62,890 bases of DNA, filler included, from Octopus bimaculoides (GCF_001194135.2; 5 parts of 5 records of this genome joined end to end with filler, not necessarily neighbours in it); one strand, 5' to 3'. Positions 37,414-51,834 are shown, counted from the whole stretch's first letter. The notes: generated by a model not told the origin, from the sequence alone. Program-made: numbers and translations.

Positions 37414-39783
37414 AGAATAAGCACATAAATGCGAAACAAGGGGGAAAAATAGTACTCGAATACCAAAGGTAGAGTAATATGGTGTAGCGAGTGTGTGTGT
37501 GTGCTGAAATTGACATAACGGTTTGATTGGCTGCTGAAAATTCGTGTTAGACGTTGCTCATTATCACTCTCCTGTTTGAAAGAATTCCTCAAAAGTAAAA
37601 TCCAAGACATGAGGAATAGAATCGTCAGAGAACGATAGGAAACGGTAAAAGTAATAAATGTTACATATATATGGAAAATAAATGCCGCTTACATAGAGGG
37701 AGGGCGAAAGGTGTGTAAGTTATAAAAATTATTGATTTTTAGGCATTCGATGAGATTAAATTGAAAACAAAATATTTTGAAAATGTAAATTTGTGTTCAG
37801 GCGACCATTATAAAAATAGTGAAAATAGTTATTAGTTTAAAGGTGGGGAATTTCATAAATAAATATACGTAGGAAATTATGTGGGCGACAGGGAAGTTTT
37901 TGAATTAAATATATTGAATTAAATATGTCTTTTGTTGTCAATGCATTATAATAAGAATGTATATTCATGCAAAAAAAAGCAACTATATATGTATATGAGT
38001 GTATGCGTGAATATATATGTGTGTGTGTATATGCATATATATATATGTATGTATGTATACATATCTATGTATATGTGTATGCATATATGTATGTATATAT
38101 TCTTTTATTCTGTTACTTGTTTCAGCCATTTGACTGCGGCCACGTTGAAGCACCGCCTTTAGTCGAGCAAATTGACCTCAAAACTCATTCTTTGTAAGTC
38201 TAGTACTTATTCTATCGGTCGCTTTTTTGCCGAACCGCTAGATTACGGCGATGTAAACATACCAACGTTGGTTGTCAAGCGATGGTGGGGGACAAACACA
38301 GACACACAAATACATACATACATACATACATACCTACATACATACATACATACATACACACATATATATATATATATATGTGTGTATGTATGAATGTATG
38401 TATGTAGGTATGTATGTATGTATGTATGAAAATATGTATATANNNNNNNNNNNNNNNNNNNNNNNNNNNNNNNNNNNNNNNNNNNNNNNNNNNNNNNNNN
38501 NNNNNNNNNNNNNNNNNNNNNNNNNNNNNNNNNNNNNNNNNNNNNNNNNNNNNNNNNNNNNNNNNNNNNNNNNNNNNNNNNNNNNNNNNNNNNNNNNNNN
38601 NNNNNNNNNNNNNNNNNNNNNNNNNNNNNNNNNNNNNNNNNNNNNNTTTCAAATTTATCAGAATATTGAGGCTGAAGATTGGAATAGTGAAATTTCTATT
38701 CACTTAACCATGAAACGATTCGTATCCAATTAACTAAAAGCTTGGCTTGTTTACGCTTTTCCCTCCGGTTTTTTGTTCTATGTGTGCCATAAATATCGCC
38801 ATCCACTTTAGAGAAAATTTGTAGTTTGGAATCAGTAGTTCTTTGACTGCTATTTCTAAATTTTCAGTATGTTGGAGAAGCAACTCAATTGCTAATCCCT
38901 GTATATTTATAATGATAAATAGTCTTACCGATAAAGGTTTTTTTCATACTGAACTACTTGGCAGAATTGTTAGTTATTAATTCTATTATTAATTGACGAT
39001 TCTCTGCCCTTATTCTTGTATAAATATATATATATATATACGACAGGCTTCTTTCAGTTTCCGTCTACTTACGTGGGGAAAATCAATATCAATAATTGCT
39101 TAATAATATTTTGAGTCTTTCAGCAACTATGTTAGACGATCTCTGACATATTTCGGCCTTATTAAACCTCATCATTAAACCATAAACCCCATTATACAAA
39201 CCGATGTTTCAGTACTGATAGCGTCTCTAAGTACATATAATACTAACGTGTAATTACAGGTATAGAAAAGTAGAACTAATCAAAGAATCAATTCATTTTT
39301 TAACGGCCTTCATCTTAAAAAATAAATTAGTTTTCCATGATTTGCTCCGACTGAGAGAAGGAGAGAAACGAAAGAATAGTGTTGATTAAATTTGCACTCG
39401 CTTTTGCACTTTGTCTATCCTCATTGGCACCACAACCACCACCAGCGTTGCCGTCGCTCAAGTACAGACGATTTGTCTTAATGAGAAAAACTAATTGAGC
39501 TCAGCAGAAAAGAAAAACGCGCCATGCCTTTTAATTAAATTTCTTATGCTCTGAGTTCGACATATGTAGCATATCCAGAAAGTGTGTTGATGTCATTGCG
39601 CTGCAAGGCAATCGTAGGAACAGACATACACATGACAGAAACACAAACACCCACGCACACACACACATACACACGCACATCAGCATATAGTCACACATTT
39701 GCATGTCTTTTATCCTCTCTTTCTCTCCTTGTTTCTCTCCTCATATCTGTGCATGTGTGTATGTGCATATGTACGTGTGTGAG

Positions 39784-39825
<42 letters not shown>

Positions 39826-39992
39826 CATATATCTACATATACATACATATATATATATGCATACATATATATATATATAAATACATCCATATATATATAC
39901 ATATATATATGTGTGTGTATGTGTGAATGTGTGTGTATATGTATATATTTAAACAAGCAACTATATATAAGCACGTATATGTATGTGTGTGT

Positions 39993-40044
<52 letters not shown>

Positions 40045-40727
40045 NNNNNNNNNNNNNNNNNNNNNNNNNNNNNNNNNNNNNNNNNNNNNNNNNNNNNNNN
40101 NNNNNNNNNNNNNNNNNNNNNNNNNNNNNNNNNNNNNNNNNNNNNNNNNNNNNNNNNNNNNNNNNNNNNNNNNNNNNNNNNNNNNNNNNNNNNNNNNNNN
40201 NNNNNNNNNNNNNNNNNNNNNNNNNNNNNNNNNNNNNNNNNNNNNNNNNNNNNNNNNNNNNNNNNNNNNNNNNNNNNNNNNNNNNNNNNNNNNNNNNNNN
40301 NNNNNNNNNNNNNNNNNNNNNNNNNNNNNNNNNNNNNNNNNNNNNNNNNNNNNNNNNNNNNNNNNNNNNNNNNNNNNNNNNNNNNNNNNNNNNNNNNNNN
40401 NNNNNNNNNNNNNNNNNNNNNNNNNNNNNNNNNNNNNNNNNNNNNNNNNNNNNNNNNNNNNNNNNNNNNNNNNNNNNNNNNNNNNNNNNNNNNNNNNNNN
40501 NNNNNNNNNNNNNNNNNNNNNNNNNNNNNNNNNNNNNNNNNNNNNNNNNNNNNNNNNNNNNNNNNNNNNNNNNNNNNNNNNNNNNNNNNNNNNNNNNNNN
40601 NNNNNNNNNNNNNNNNNNNNNNNNNNNNNNNNNNNNNNNNNNNNNNNNNNNNNNNNNNNNNNNNNNNNNNNNNNNNNNNNNNNNNNNNNNNNNNNNNNNN
40701 NNNNNNNNNNNNNNNNNNNNNNNNNNN

Positions 40728-40785
<58 letters not shown>

Positions 40786-41242
40786 ATTATGTGTGTGCGT
40801 GTGTATGTATTGTATGTATGTGGGAGTTTTTTTCGTTAACGTTGTTCTGTTTCACTTCCTATACTAGACTACAGACGATGTGTGTCCATATTTTTAACTC
40901 GTACGGTATGTATAGACAGATGTATACGCCTTGGCTTTCTGTATAACATCTTCGTGAGCAGAAGGAGCGGTTTCAGGTAAAATAGTTTTAATCCTGCCAT
41001 GAGATATCATCAGGGACGGCGTACCGTCTTTGACTGTGCACAGCGTCAATGCTCATAGAAACCCCAATTACGAAGGGTTGCCATAAGTTGGATAGTCTAA
41101 TTTGCATACGTGATGCACTTTTAGCAGTTTGTACATATGTATGTATCAGTGTATGTTCCATGCACGATTATGTATCGACACGTATACATACTTAAAACAA
41201 ATATGTATGTTTATATATACATACATATATATATATATATAT

Positions 41243-41346
<104 letters not shown>

Positions 41347-42473
41347 CATGAGTGCAAGTGTACTTGTGTGTATGATGTAAGTACGTCTGCATATGTGCAT
41401 GCATCTGTATACATACATATATATATGTATGTATGTGTGTATACACACAGACATACACGACCACACACACGCGCGCGCATACACGCACCAATGTGCACAT
41501 ACGCAATACTTTCGCCCAAATGTGACTCATCGAATCCTTTAGTGTTGTTCCTAATCTGTTTTCAAAGATAAACCACTTTGATCAATAACCGTATTGAACA
41601 CCAAACCGTTCACGTACACACACACACACTCACACACACACACACACACACACACACTAACTCACGCGCGCGCATCCACTATCGCGCACGCATACATACG
41701 CACACTTTACTTTCTTAACTTTCGACACGATTGTGTACAAATGTGTCTATACGTGTATATTTATGTAAATGTGTGTGAATATGTGTGCATATATATATGT
41801 GTATGTGTAAGTGTACGCGTGCATATATGCATATATATATATATATATATATTGCATATGTATATGTGTGTATTTGTGTATATATATGTGTGTGTGTCAA
41901 TGAAAATCTTTGAATGTATGTATTATGTATGCACGTGTATATATATATATGTGTATATATGCGTATATATATATGCATGTGTTCGTGTGTATGCTGTGTT
42001 GCAAAATTGTTTATTTGTTTGTATTTTATTGTTGTTGTGTTTGTCGTCGTCAGCGTTCCAGAAGGGGGTGAAGGGCGGGGATTTAGCGTGTCCCCATGGA
42101 GACATAATTTAGGTAGGAATTATGCTTATACACGCACGCACTCATGTGCCCCTCCCCCACCATATATTGACATAAGTATAATCGCATGCACACATACACA
42201 CACGCACAAACATATGCACAAGTATTTGCATACATTTACAATGATTTACATAAATATACATACACACATAGACACATGTGTACACTCACATACACTAACA
42301 CACACATACACACATGCACAGGTACATACACAATCTCACACACAATCACTCTCTCCCTCACGCACATAAACACACACATATACACACACATTCCCACACT
42401 CACACACTTTGTCTCTTACTCTCCCTCTCTTTCACAAACACACACTCACACACATATAAAGTCACGTACACAC

Positions 42474-42535
<62 letters not shown>

Positions 42536-42903
42536 CTTTCTATCTTTCTTACTCTTTCGCTTTCTTTAACTTTTTCTTTCTTTCTCATTCTCCCTCTTTC
42601 TCTCTCTTTCTCTCTGCCCTTCCCTTTCTCTGTTTCTGTTTCTCTGTTTCTCTGTTTCTCTCTCTCCCTCTGTCTCTCTCTTTCTCTCTCTCTTTCTCTC
42701 TGTCTTTCTCTTTCTCTCTTTCTCTCTTCCCTTCTACCTCCTCCTCCCACCGCGTGCACTGACACCTCTGTCTCTATTAACAGATTCCGTACACCAAAAT
42801 CTGTCCGTTATTTACATTCAGTCTGTAGAATTGTCAAACTCAATGAAACCAATCACTTCCAACAAGAATCACACCTAGAAATCACACCTAACGAACGTGT
42901 ATG

Positions 42904-42997
<94 letters not shown>

Positions 42998-43055
42998 TGT
43001 GTGTATGTATGTGTGTGGGGGTCGTATATGGAGAAAGAAAAAATAAAGATTTGTA

Positions 43056-43088
<33 letters not shown>

Positions 43089-43670
43089 NNNNNNNNNNNN
43101 NNNNNNNNNNNNNNNNNNNNNNNNNNNNNNNNNNNNNNNNNNNNNNNNNNNNNNNNNNNNNNNNNNNNNNNNNNNNNNNNNNNNNNNNNNNNNNNNNNNN
43201 NNNNNNNNNNNNNNNNNNNNNNNNNNNNNNNNNNNNNNNNNNNNNNNNNNNNNNNNNNNNNNNNNNNNNNNNNNNNNNNNNNNNNNNNNNNNNNNNNNNN
43301 NNNNNNNNNNNNNNNNNNNNNNNNNNNNNNNNNNNNNNNNNNNNNNNNNNNNNNNNNNNNNNNNNNNNNNNNNNNNNNNNNNNNNNNNNNNNNNNNNNNN
43401 NNNNNNNNNNNNNNNNNNNNNNNNNNNNNNNNNNNNNNNNNNNNNNNNNNNNNNNNNNNNNNNNNNNNNNNNNNNNNNNNNNNNNNNNNNNNNNNNNNNN
43501 NNNNNNNNNNNNNNNNNNNNNNNNNNNNNNNNNNNNNNNNNNNTTATCGTCAGTTAATGGCGGGGGGGTGGGGGTGGAGGGAACGGGTGGAGGTGAAGAT
43601 TCATTGACAAAAAATTCTACCTCCCTCCCCCTCTGCAACCCCGAAATCACCACATCCTCCTCCCACTCAC

Positions 43671-43694
43671 CACAGCATCCACGCCATTCTTCAT
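43671..43694 (-). CDS. Candidate short first coding segment of a minus-strand gene
   Basis: Minus strand GAAGA-ATGG-CGTGGATGCTGTG|GTGAGT: ATG at 43687 with A at -3 and G at +4 (MAWML, phase 2), or ATG at 43694 (MKNGVDAV, phase 0). Consensus donor at 43670; CRE/CCAAT about 130 bp upstream. Confidence 0.3.
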
Positions 43695-43810
43695 TCAACA
43701 ACTAGCTAGCAACTCTCTCTCTCTCTCTCTCGCTCTCCTCTCTCTCTCTCTCGCTCTCCTCTCTCCTCTCTCCTCTCCTCTCGATCAATCCCACCTCCGC
43801 CTCAATATCT

Positions 43811-43850
43811 GTGGATTGTGACGTCATTATTGGCGGAGGATCTGATTGAA
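43811..43850 (-). promoter_or_regulatory. CRE palindrome plus CCAAT box, candidate promoter
   Basis: TGACGTCA at 43819-43826 immediately followed by TATTGGC (GCCAATA on minus), in unique sequence next to a consensus splice donor. Confidence 0.4.
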
Positions 43851-43934
43851 AACGGTAAAGGGTTGCAGAGAAAGGAAAAGAGAGAAGGAGAGAGGAGCGA
43901 AGGAGAGAGAGACAGACAGACGGACAAACCAACG

Positions 43935-43968
<34 letters not shown>

Positions 43969-44255
43969 GAGTGATAGGGAGAGAGAGAAACAAAGGGAGA
44001 GGGAGGGAGAGGGAGAACTTTTTACAAGAATATATATACATATATACATATATCTAAATATATGTAGAGAGAGGGGGAAGAGAGATGAAGAGAAAGAGAA
44101 GGAGAAACAGAAAGAGAGACAGACAGACGAAGTTTATCGAGAATAAATAAATAAATAAATAAATACATACATACATACATATATATATATAAAGAGGGGG
44201 ATGTGCTTGTGTGTATAAATCTGGACGTGTGTTTGCGTTTGTGTGTGTGTATGTG

Positions 44256-44300
<45 letters not shown>

Positions 44301-44900
44301 CTACGGTCGAACTGTAGTGATTTACCAAATGAGCAACTCTGGAACTATATTCTCTACAAGAATGTTTCAAAACTCTACAGAATAATGGTTTTTATAGGGG
44401 AGAAGGGCGGCGGTTGAGACGGAAAGGACGGGTGGGGGTGGGCGTGGGGTTATTCTGCTGAAGATTAATTTGGTAAGGGAAGGAAGTTTGGCTTTACCAT
44501 TCTCGGTGCTTTAATTTTCTAGTAGATGATGCCGGTGGTGGTGGTGGTGGTGGTGGTGGTGCTGCTGCTGCTGCTGCAACAAAAGTCATAGACAACAAAA
44601 TCGATACTACATCAGTGTAGGCGTGGCTGCGTGATTGAGAAATTTGCTTCGCAATCACGTGATTCCAGAGTTCGATCTCGTTGTACGGCACATGTGATTT
44701 CCATGACTTCGAGTAAGAGAAATGGTTTCTGAGAGAAATTTGGCACCAGAAACTGATGTATTTTCAACAAATCACACTTTATTTATTCCTCAGTCTTTCA
44801 TTTTGTTAACTTCACAATAAAGCACCATATCTACAAAGCACCATTCTTCTGTATCATACATACATATATACATACACACATACATACATACATACATACA

Positions 44901-45410
44901 GAACCCACAGTATGATAGATCCCATAGTCACTCATAATAAAAAGGAGTACTGGTGGAGTGTCCCCGTGAAGACCTCAATAAAATGTAAGCACAACAGACC
45001 TGCTATAATGATTTGGGATAGAGAAGAGAAACTGTGTACAGTTGTAGAAAACAGCTGCCCAGCGGATAACACAAAGCTGAAGATCAGGGAAAAAGGGAAC
45101 ACCTACGCTGAACTATTGAGAAACCTGCAGTTACTCTATCCAGATTACAAGTTCAGGTTTATACCTGTAATTATTGGAGTTCTGGGATATGTAACACGCT
45201 GCCTAAATACCGATCTTGAGAAATTAGGCTTCTCAAAACCATAGAGAAGAAAGCTGATTCGAAGACTACAGGTCCAATCCATCACTGGAACTGTAAAAAT
45301 CTGTAAAACTTTCCAGAAATTTAGCATTGAAGTATGTCCATACAGCTACATGTCTAGACATGCAGCTATATGCATGAGATTACATACATAAAACAAAGTA
45401 TGCAACTATT

Positions 45411-45457
<47 letters not shown>

Positions 45458-45560
45458 ACCCTGTTGCTGATGTTGAAATTCCAATGAAGGCGCCTCGGAT
45501 CTAAGTTAGAAACCGTCTCTTTCTCTATTGGCAAGAAATATTGAAATGAAACTGAATAAT
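44901..45560 (+). mobile_element. 3' fragment of an R4/Dong-like RLE LINE, same family as 10300-11760
   Basis: YWWSVPVKTSIKCKHNRPAIMIWDREEKLCTVVENSCPAD...YAELLRNLQLLYPDYKFRFIPVIIGVLG...QSITGTVKICKTF; starts directly after (CATA)n. Confidence 0.85.
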
Positions 45561-46287
45561 AACATACAAATGTAGGTACATACATATATTCGTATATGCA
45601 TACATACATACATGCATACATACATGAATGCACACGAGCGCACGTATATAAATGCATATATCGATACATATACATACGTACATAAATACATATATACATA
45701 AATGCATGCAGCCACACTTATAAATACGTAAATACATCCGTACGAATACATGTACATGTGTACATAAATATATGTGGATGTGTATGTATCTGTTTATATA
45801 CGTGCATACGTGTGCGTGTGTATGTGCGTGCGTGAGTGAGTGAGTGTATTACATTTTATCAGGATTTCTCACGGATATTTCCACATTTTTTAAAGAAAAA
45901 CATCGGTGATATTTAAACTACAACGGTGGATTCTCTGCTAAACTACCCCATACCCCATTGCAGATTTTGTTCAAATTTAAGCCGCAAACTCTTCTAAAAC
46001 GATAAATATTATTTCAAGACATTTATAGATTAAACTATCATGGATGTTATGTTACGGTAGACATCCCTCGAAATTTTCACTTTGCAATTACCTACAGCCA
46101 AACAACTGCTCCGAGCAACAATATCTATTCAGTATGGTTGGTTAATCGGAAAATTTGGAATTAATGCGACATTTATTACCTTTTGTTTTAAAGAATTTGA
46201 AGTAGTTGCTCTGCTAGAATTTTTACGCACACGCTATTGTAAATATTTTTACATTTTCACTCGCACATACACACACATATTCAAATA

Positions 46288-46327
<40 letters not shown>

Positions 46328-47234
46328 NNNNNNNNNNNNNNNNNNNNNNNNNNNNNNNNNNNNNNNNNNNNNNNNNNNNNNNNNNNNNNNNNNNNNNNNN
46401 NNNNNNNNNNNNNNNNNNNNNNNNNNNNNNNNNNNNNNNNNNNNNNNNNNNNNNNNNNNNNNNNNNNNNNNNNNNNNNNNNNNNNNNNNNNNNNNNNNNN
46501 NNNNNNNNNNNNNNNNNNNNNNNNNNNNNNNNNNNNNNNNNNNNNNNNNNNNNNNNNNNNNNNNNNNNNNNNNNNNNNNNNNNNNNNNNNNNNNNNNNNN
46601 NNNNNNNNNNNNNNNNNNNNNNNNNNNNNNNNNNNNNNNNNNNNNNNNNNNNNNNNNNNNNNNNNNNNNNNNNNNNNNNNNNNNNNNNNNNNNNNNNNNN
46701 NNNNNNNNNNNNNNNNNNNNNNNNNNNNNNNNNNNNNNNNNNNNNNNNNNNNNNNNNNNNNNNNNNNNNNNNNNNNNNNNNNNNNNNNNNNNNNNNNNNN
46801 NNNNNNNNNNNNNNNNNNNNNNNNNNNNNNNNNNNNNNNNNNNNNNNNNNGAAGATACTTGTCCAAGGTGCCACGCAGTGTGGGACTGAACCCGGAACCA
46901 TGTAGTTCGTAAGCAAGCTACTTACCATATAAATGTGTGTGTGTGTGTGTGTGTGTGTGTGCCCTTATGCTCACTATATTGCTTTATTCTTTGTGTCAAA
47001 ATGTCTCTTTACTATTTAAATGAAAAAAGACATCGCCTTCCAGACTTCCAGAGTTCTTAAAAATCGTCTGAAGATCGTCAACGTAAAACTCAGAATAAAT
47101 ATTTAAATATCTAGCTTCTAATAAATTACATAACTACTCTCTCAATATCGAATACTATCCTTCCTTCCTTTTGGTTTCACGTACATCTTTATACACACAA
47201 AGACTATCATACATCTCATATCGTTCGTTCATCG

Positions 47235-47480
47235 TTGTCGACGATGATCAATGTCACCAAATGGGGGAAGTTGAGACATGATATATCCTGTTGTGCTTGA
47301 TCAGTCCGATGTGTATTGGAAGGGCTCTACCGCAGGCCGGGCACTGGTGGTCTGCAGGGACTGAAAGGAAGGAACTGGCTGTGGATTTGCGATCCTGTTT
47401 CTGTTCATAGGAGGGGGTACCTCTGTTGGTGCAGCTTCTCCAGGCAAGGCGGTCTTGAGCTTGTGTTTCCAAAGGTGTCG
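47235..47480 (-). mobile_element. RTE-clade LINE 3' end
   Basis: ETQAQDRLAWR...G...YE......HQCPACGR....IGLIKHNRIYH: the typical RTE ORF C-terminus with a C2H2-like finger. Confidence 0.75.
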
Positions 47481-47752
47481 AGGTAAATCTTAAAAGACAA
47501 ATACATTTTGTATGTGTTTATATATAGAGAAAATATATATATAAAAATACCTGCACACACACATATATATATATATAGACATACATACATACATACAAAC
47601 ATACATATATATATATATATATATCCATATACATAATACATGCATAAGTGTGTGTATACATACATGCATTCATACATGCGTACATATATACTTGCATACA
47701 TACATACATAGATAAATACATGCATGCATGCATGCATACATACATACATACA

Positions 47753-47786
<34 letters not shown>

Positions 47787-48036
47787 CACAATGTATACAT
47801 ATCGTTTTCATCAAAATGTATTGTTGTCAATTTTTTTCCTCCCGCCTAAACATTTACAATAGATTCAAAATTGCGAAATGACCAGAAAAAATACCACTAT
47901 CATATCTTTATCCCGATATTTTTATGTATAAAATAGAATTAATACACAGGAAATGTTTCTGGGAGTGGAGAATCTGATCTATATAACGACATTAAATGTA
48001 TGCTTAGCTTCTTTTTTTTAGATGGGGAATAGCAGA

Positions 48037-48091
<55 letters not shown>

Positions 48092-48288
48092 GCGAGAGAG
48101 AGAGAGAGAGTGGGGGAAGGGGGAGAGTAAGAGAGAAAGGGGATAGAAAAATGGGACATTAAAGAAAAATGCAACAAAGCAGACGACATTATCAAATAAC
48201 GCGATTCTATCATTTTTTCGAATGTAAAAGCGGGGAAAATGGTTTAAAATGCTGCTTTATTTTTCTAACAACCTGTATGCATAAATTT

Positions 48289-48322
<34 letters not shown>

Positions 48323-48387
48323 TTGTTGTTATGTGTTTGTGAGCTTGTGTCCGATAAATAGAGATGGATAAACACACACACATACTT

Positions 48388-48431
<44 letters not shown>

Positions 48432-49935
48432 CAAATGATGATATCTCCACAATACATAGATAGACAGGCCGACATAGAGATACATAAAGAAGCAGATAGA
48501 TAGATAGGTAAATAGATAGAGAGAGAGAGAGAGAGGGAGAGAGGGAGAGAGAGAAAGAGAGAGAGTGGGAGAGAGAGAAAGAGAGAGTGAGAGAGAGAGA
48601 AAGAGAGAGAGTGGGAGAGAGAGAGGCAGACAGACAGACAGACAGTCTCACAGACTGACAGACTCACAGACAGAGATAGATAGATAGGTAGGTAGGTAGG
48701 TAGGTAGATAGACAGATTGATAGATAGACAGACAAATAGTGTGTACATAAGCGTTTTTAAGAGGTGTAAGTGTGCTTAAAATTGCTGAAGTCATTGATTT
48801 AATGCATACATTAACTACCACCCCGACACCTTCTCTTCCACCCACAGTGTACATTATTTCATTCATACATCATGGCTTTTCGCATATTTCCGTCAGGGGA
48901 CTTCATTCGCAGACAATTATGCTGAGGAGGAGAGCTATGGGTGGGTGAGTAAGGTGGAATATGTGACTACAGGGACCAAGTGATGGATGGATGGACGGAC
49001 GGACGGACGGGTGGAGTGGTGGTAATGGTGTTGTATGTATGGATGGTGGTGGTGGTGATGGTGGTAGTGAAGGTGATGGTTGTGGTGGTGGTGGTCGTAG
49101 TAGTGAAGGTGGTGATAGTGGTGGTGGTGGTGGTGGTGGTGNNNNNNNNNNNNNNNNNNNNNNNNNNNNNNNNNNNNNNNNNNNNNNNNNNNNNNNNNNN
49201 NNNNNNNNNNNNNNNNNNNNNNNNNNNNNNNNNNNNNNNNNNNNNNNNNNNNNNNNNNNNNNNNNNNNNNNNNNNNNNNNNNNNNNNNNNNNNNNNNNNN
49301 NNNNNNNNNNNNNNNNNNNNNNNNNNNNNNNNNNNNNNNNNNNNNNNNNNNNNNNNNNNNNNNNNNNNNNNNNNNNNNNNNNNNNNNNNNNNNNNNNNNN
49401 NNNNNNNNNNNNNNNNNNNNNNNNNNNNNNNNNNNNNNNNNNNNNNNNNNNNNNNNNNNNNNNNNNNNNNNNNNNNNNNNNNNNNNNNNNNNNNNNNNNN
49501 NNNNNNNNNNNNNNNNNNNNNNNNNNNNNNNNNNNNNNNNNNNNNNNNNNNNNNNNNNNNNNNNNNNNNNNNNNNNNNNNNNNNNNNNNNNNNNNNNNNN
49601 NNNNNNNNNNNNNNNNNNNNNNNNNNNNNNNNNNNNNNNNNNNNNNNNNNNNNNNNNNNNNNNNNNNNNNNNNNNNNNNNNNNNNNNNNNNNNNNNNNNN
49701 NNNNNNNNNCTTCTAGAGGCGGAGAATATTCTTTTTTTTTTTTAAATTTTTATTGATCAAGAATTTATGTTCTATGGTATTTGATATATCTGTATTTGTA
49801 TTTGCTGCCGAATAAGTCTGCCATTATAAACTGTTGACGAACAGACAGCATCTCTGTTTGGGAACAGCCCTGAAAGGTTCAGCCTACTCATTTTATATGC
49901 ATACATACATGCATACACACACACACACACACACA

Positions 49936-50090
49936 CGGAGTAAGCACATAAATGTGCAACAAGGTGGAAAAAAGAGTACTCAAATACCAGAGGTAGAGTA
50001 ATATGCTTTATTTAAAAGCAGCAGAAATATAACAAAAAATTGTTACTCGGAGTTTCACGTTCCCGTTCATCGGACGGTTTTGTTAGAAAA
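49936..50090 (-). mobile_element. Short dispersed repeat (family F) ending in (TG)n, carrying a degenerate minimal hammerhead motif; Penelope-like terminus
   Basis: Shares TAAGCACATAAATG.G.AACAAGG.GGAAAAA..GTACTC.AATACCA.AGGTAGAGTAATATG with 37412-37490; hammerhead-like core at 50036-50081. Confidence 0.55.
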
Positions 50091-50409
50091 TGTGTGAAAT
50101 GATGAGGGATTTGCGTGCCATAATCAAGATGAACAGATAAGACATGGATAAGAGAAAATTAAAGTCGCGATAGATAATCCTTTCTACTAAAAGCACACGG
50201 TCTGAACTTTTTTGGTGGGGAGAGGGGTACTAGTCGATTACATCGACCCCAGTGTTTCATTGGTACTTAGTTTATCGACCCCCGAATGGATGAAAAGTAA
50301 AGTCGAGCTCGGCGGAATTTGAACTCAGACCGTAAAGACGGACGAAATGCCGCTAAGCATATTGTCCGACGTGCTAACGATTCTGCCAGCTGGCAGCCTT
50401 TAAGCCGTG

Positions 50410-51290
50410 GTAATGAGATGGCATCGAAAGCGCTACAATGGAGGAAGATGAAATGGGACAATTAGGAAAGTAAACATAACGTGGGCAAAGAGCTTGGACG
50501 AACAAAGACCAAGAGAAAGATGAGATTAAAACTTTCCAGTTTGGCTCGAATGAAATATCCTAAACCAGCAGTTCTCAATTATGGTCCATAAAGGATTTTT
50601 GGGGGTCCATGCAAATAAAATATTAGATTGGAGACACACAGTAGTATATCAACGGTCCATGAAAAAATGTATTCATTGCAAGAAACAGGTAAGTTTCTTT
50701 CTCTAAGGTTTTACATTGTTTAACCTACGCAAGTTAACGTGTGGAAAGCCAAATAGGAATTTGGAAAGAAGTATCTATAAAACTAGTTTTTAAGCATCGA
50801 ATGGCTACGTGGTCCATCGGAATAAATAGTTATCAAAGGGCGTCATAAAAAAAATGGTTGAGAACCTCTGACCTAAACCAATATATGGCACTATCAGTCG
50901 TTTACCTATCGGTAATGGAAAGGAAACTTGAAGCGTGTTAACACGAGACGGTAAGGTTTAATACTAGGCATAACATATAAAGAAAGATGAAAACAATTGG
51001 TTAAGAAATGAACGAAAGCAGACGATGTTGTTACAACTTTGAAATATAGGAAAATGGAGGTGGGTGGCACACAAAAACAAGAGAAAGATAATTGTTAGAT
51101 AGAAATCTAGGAATGGCAACCAAAGGCGGGAAAAAGAAGGCGAAGAAAGCCATGGAAGAGCGAAACGATATAGACAAATACTGAAGCATTACCAACTGGC
51201 GACATCAAACGATAGAAAGAAAAGCAAAACCGACGATGCTGTGCCGAGGCTTTCATTCTGTAGTGGATCTACGCTGGTTGACAAAGAGAG
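50410..51290 (+). mobile_element. Decayed RTE-like LINE fragment interrupted by a hAT MITE
   Basis: Frameshifted remnants GITYK.R..., KWRWVAH, EWQPKAGKRRR.KPW..., TNWR; the MITE at 50566-50870 lies inside it. Confidence 0.6.
50566..50870. mobile_element. hAT (Charlie-like) MITE
   Basis: TIRs CAGCAGTTCTCAA / TTGAGAACCTCTG; 8-bp TSD TCCTAAAC / ACCTAAAC (7/8). Confidence 0.85.
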
Positions 51291-51834
51291 AAATTAACAA
51301 CGAACCTTGGTGGGTCAATTCCCACCTAAGCCGTTCAAAAGACCCAAATTCACAACGAGACTCTTACAAGATAACTGTATATAATATATTTCTACATATA
51401 ATAATGTATATTTATATATAAAGAGGATTTTACTACGTAAGAGACATCAGCTCTCTCTTTTGTCTTTGTGTCTCTTTCACCTTTCTCCGTCCTCCTCCCT
51501 GCTCTTTCCCCTCTCACGTTCCCACACCCCCTCTTTACTTTCGTCTTCTTCTTCTTCTTCTTCTTCTTCTTCTTCTTCTTCTTCTTCTTCTTCTTCTTCT
51601 TCTCTGTCCTCTCTCTCTCTCTCTCTCTCTCTCTTTATGTGTCTCCCTCTCTCTCTGTCTCTCCTTTTTTTTCAACTTCATTCTTTGGATTCTTACTTTC
51701 TTTCTCTTTTATTTTCATCTTTCTTCGTCTGCCTTTTTCTACCTTCGCTTTCTCTCTTCTATGTCCCTCTTTCTCTCTCTTTCTCTTTCCCGCTTTGTCT
51801 CTTTCTCCCTCTCTTTGTCTCTCTTACCCTTTTC

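Noticed and set aside
38868-38975. VCWRSNSIANPCIF after a TTTTCAG, resembling GPCR TM7 NSxxNP
   Set aside because: Isolated short motif, no other transmembrane exons, frame closes quickly.
48840-48950. Possible small + strand exon ending TGG|GTGAGT
   Set aside because: Several alternative acceptors and frames, none giving a recognisable peptide.
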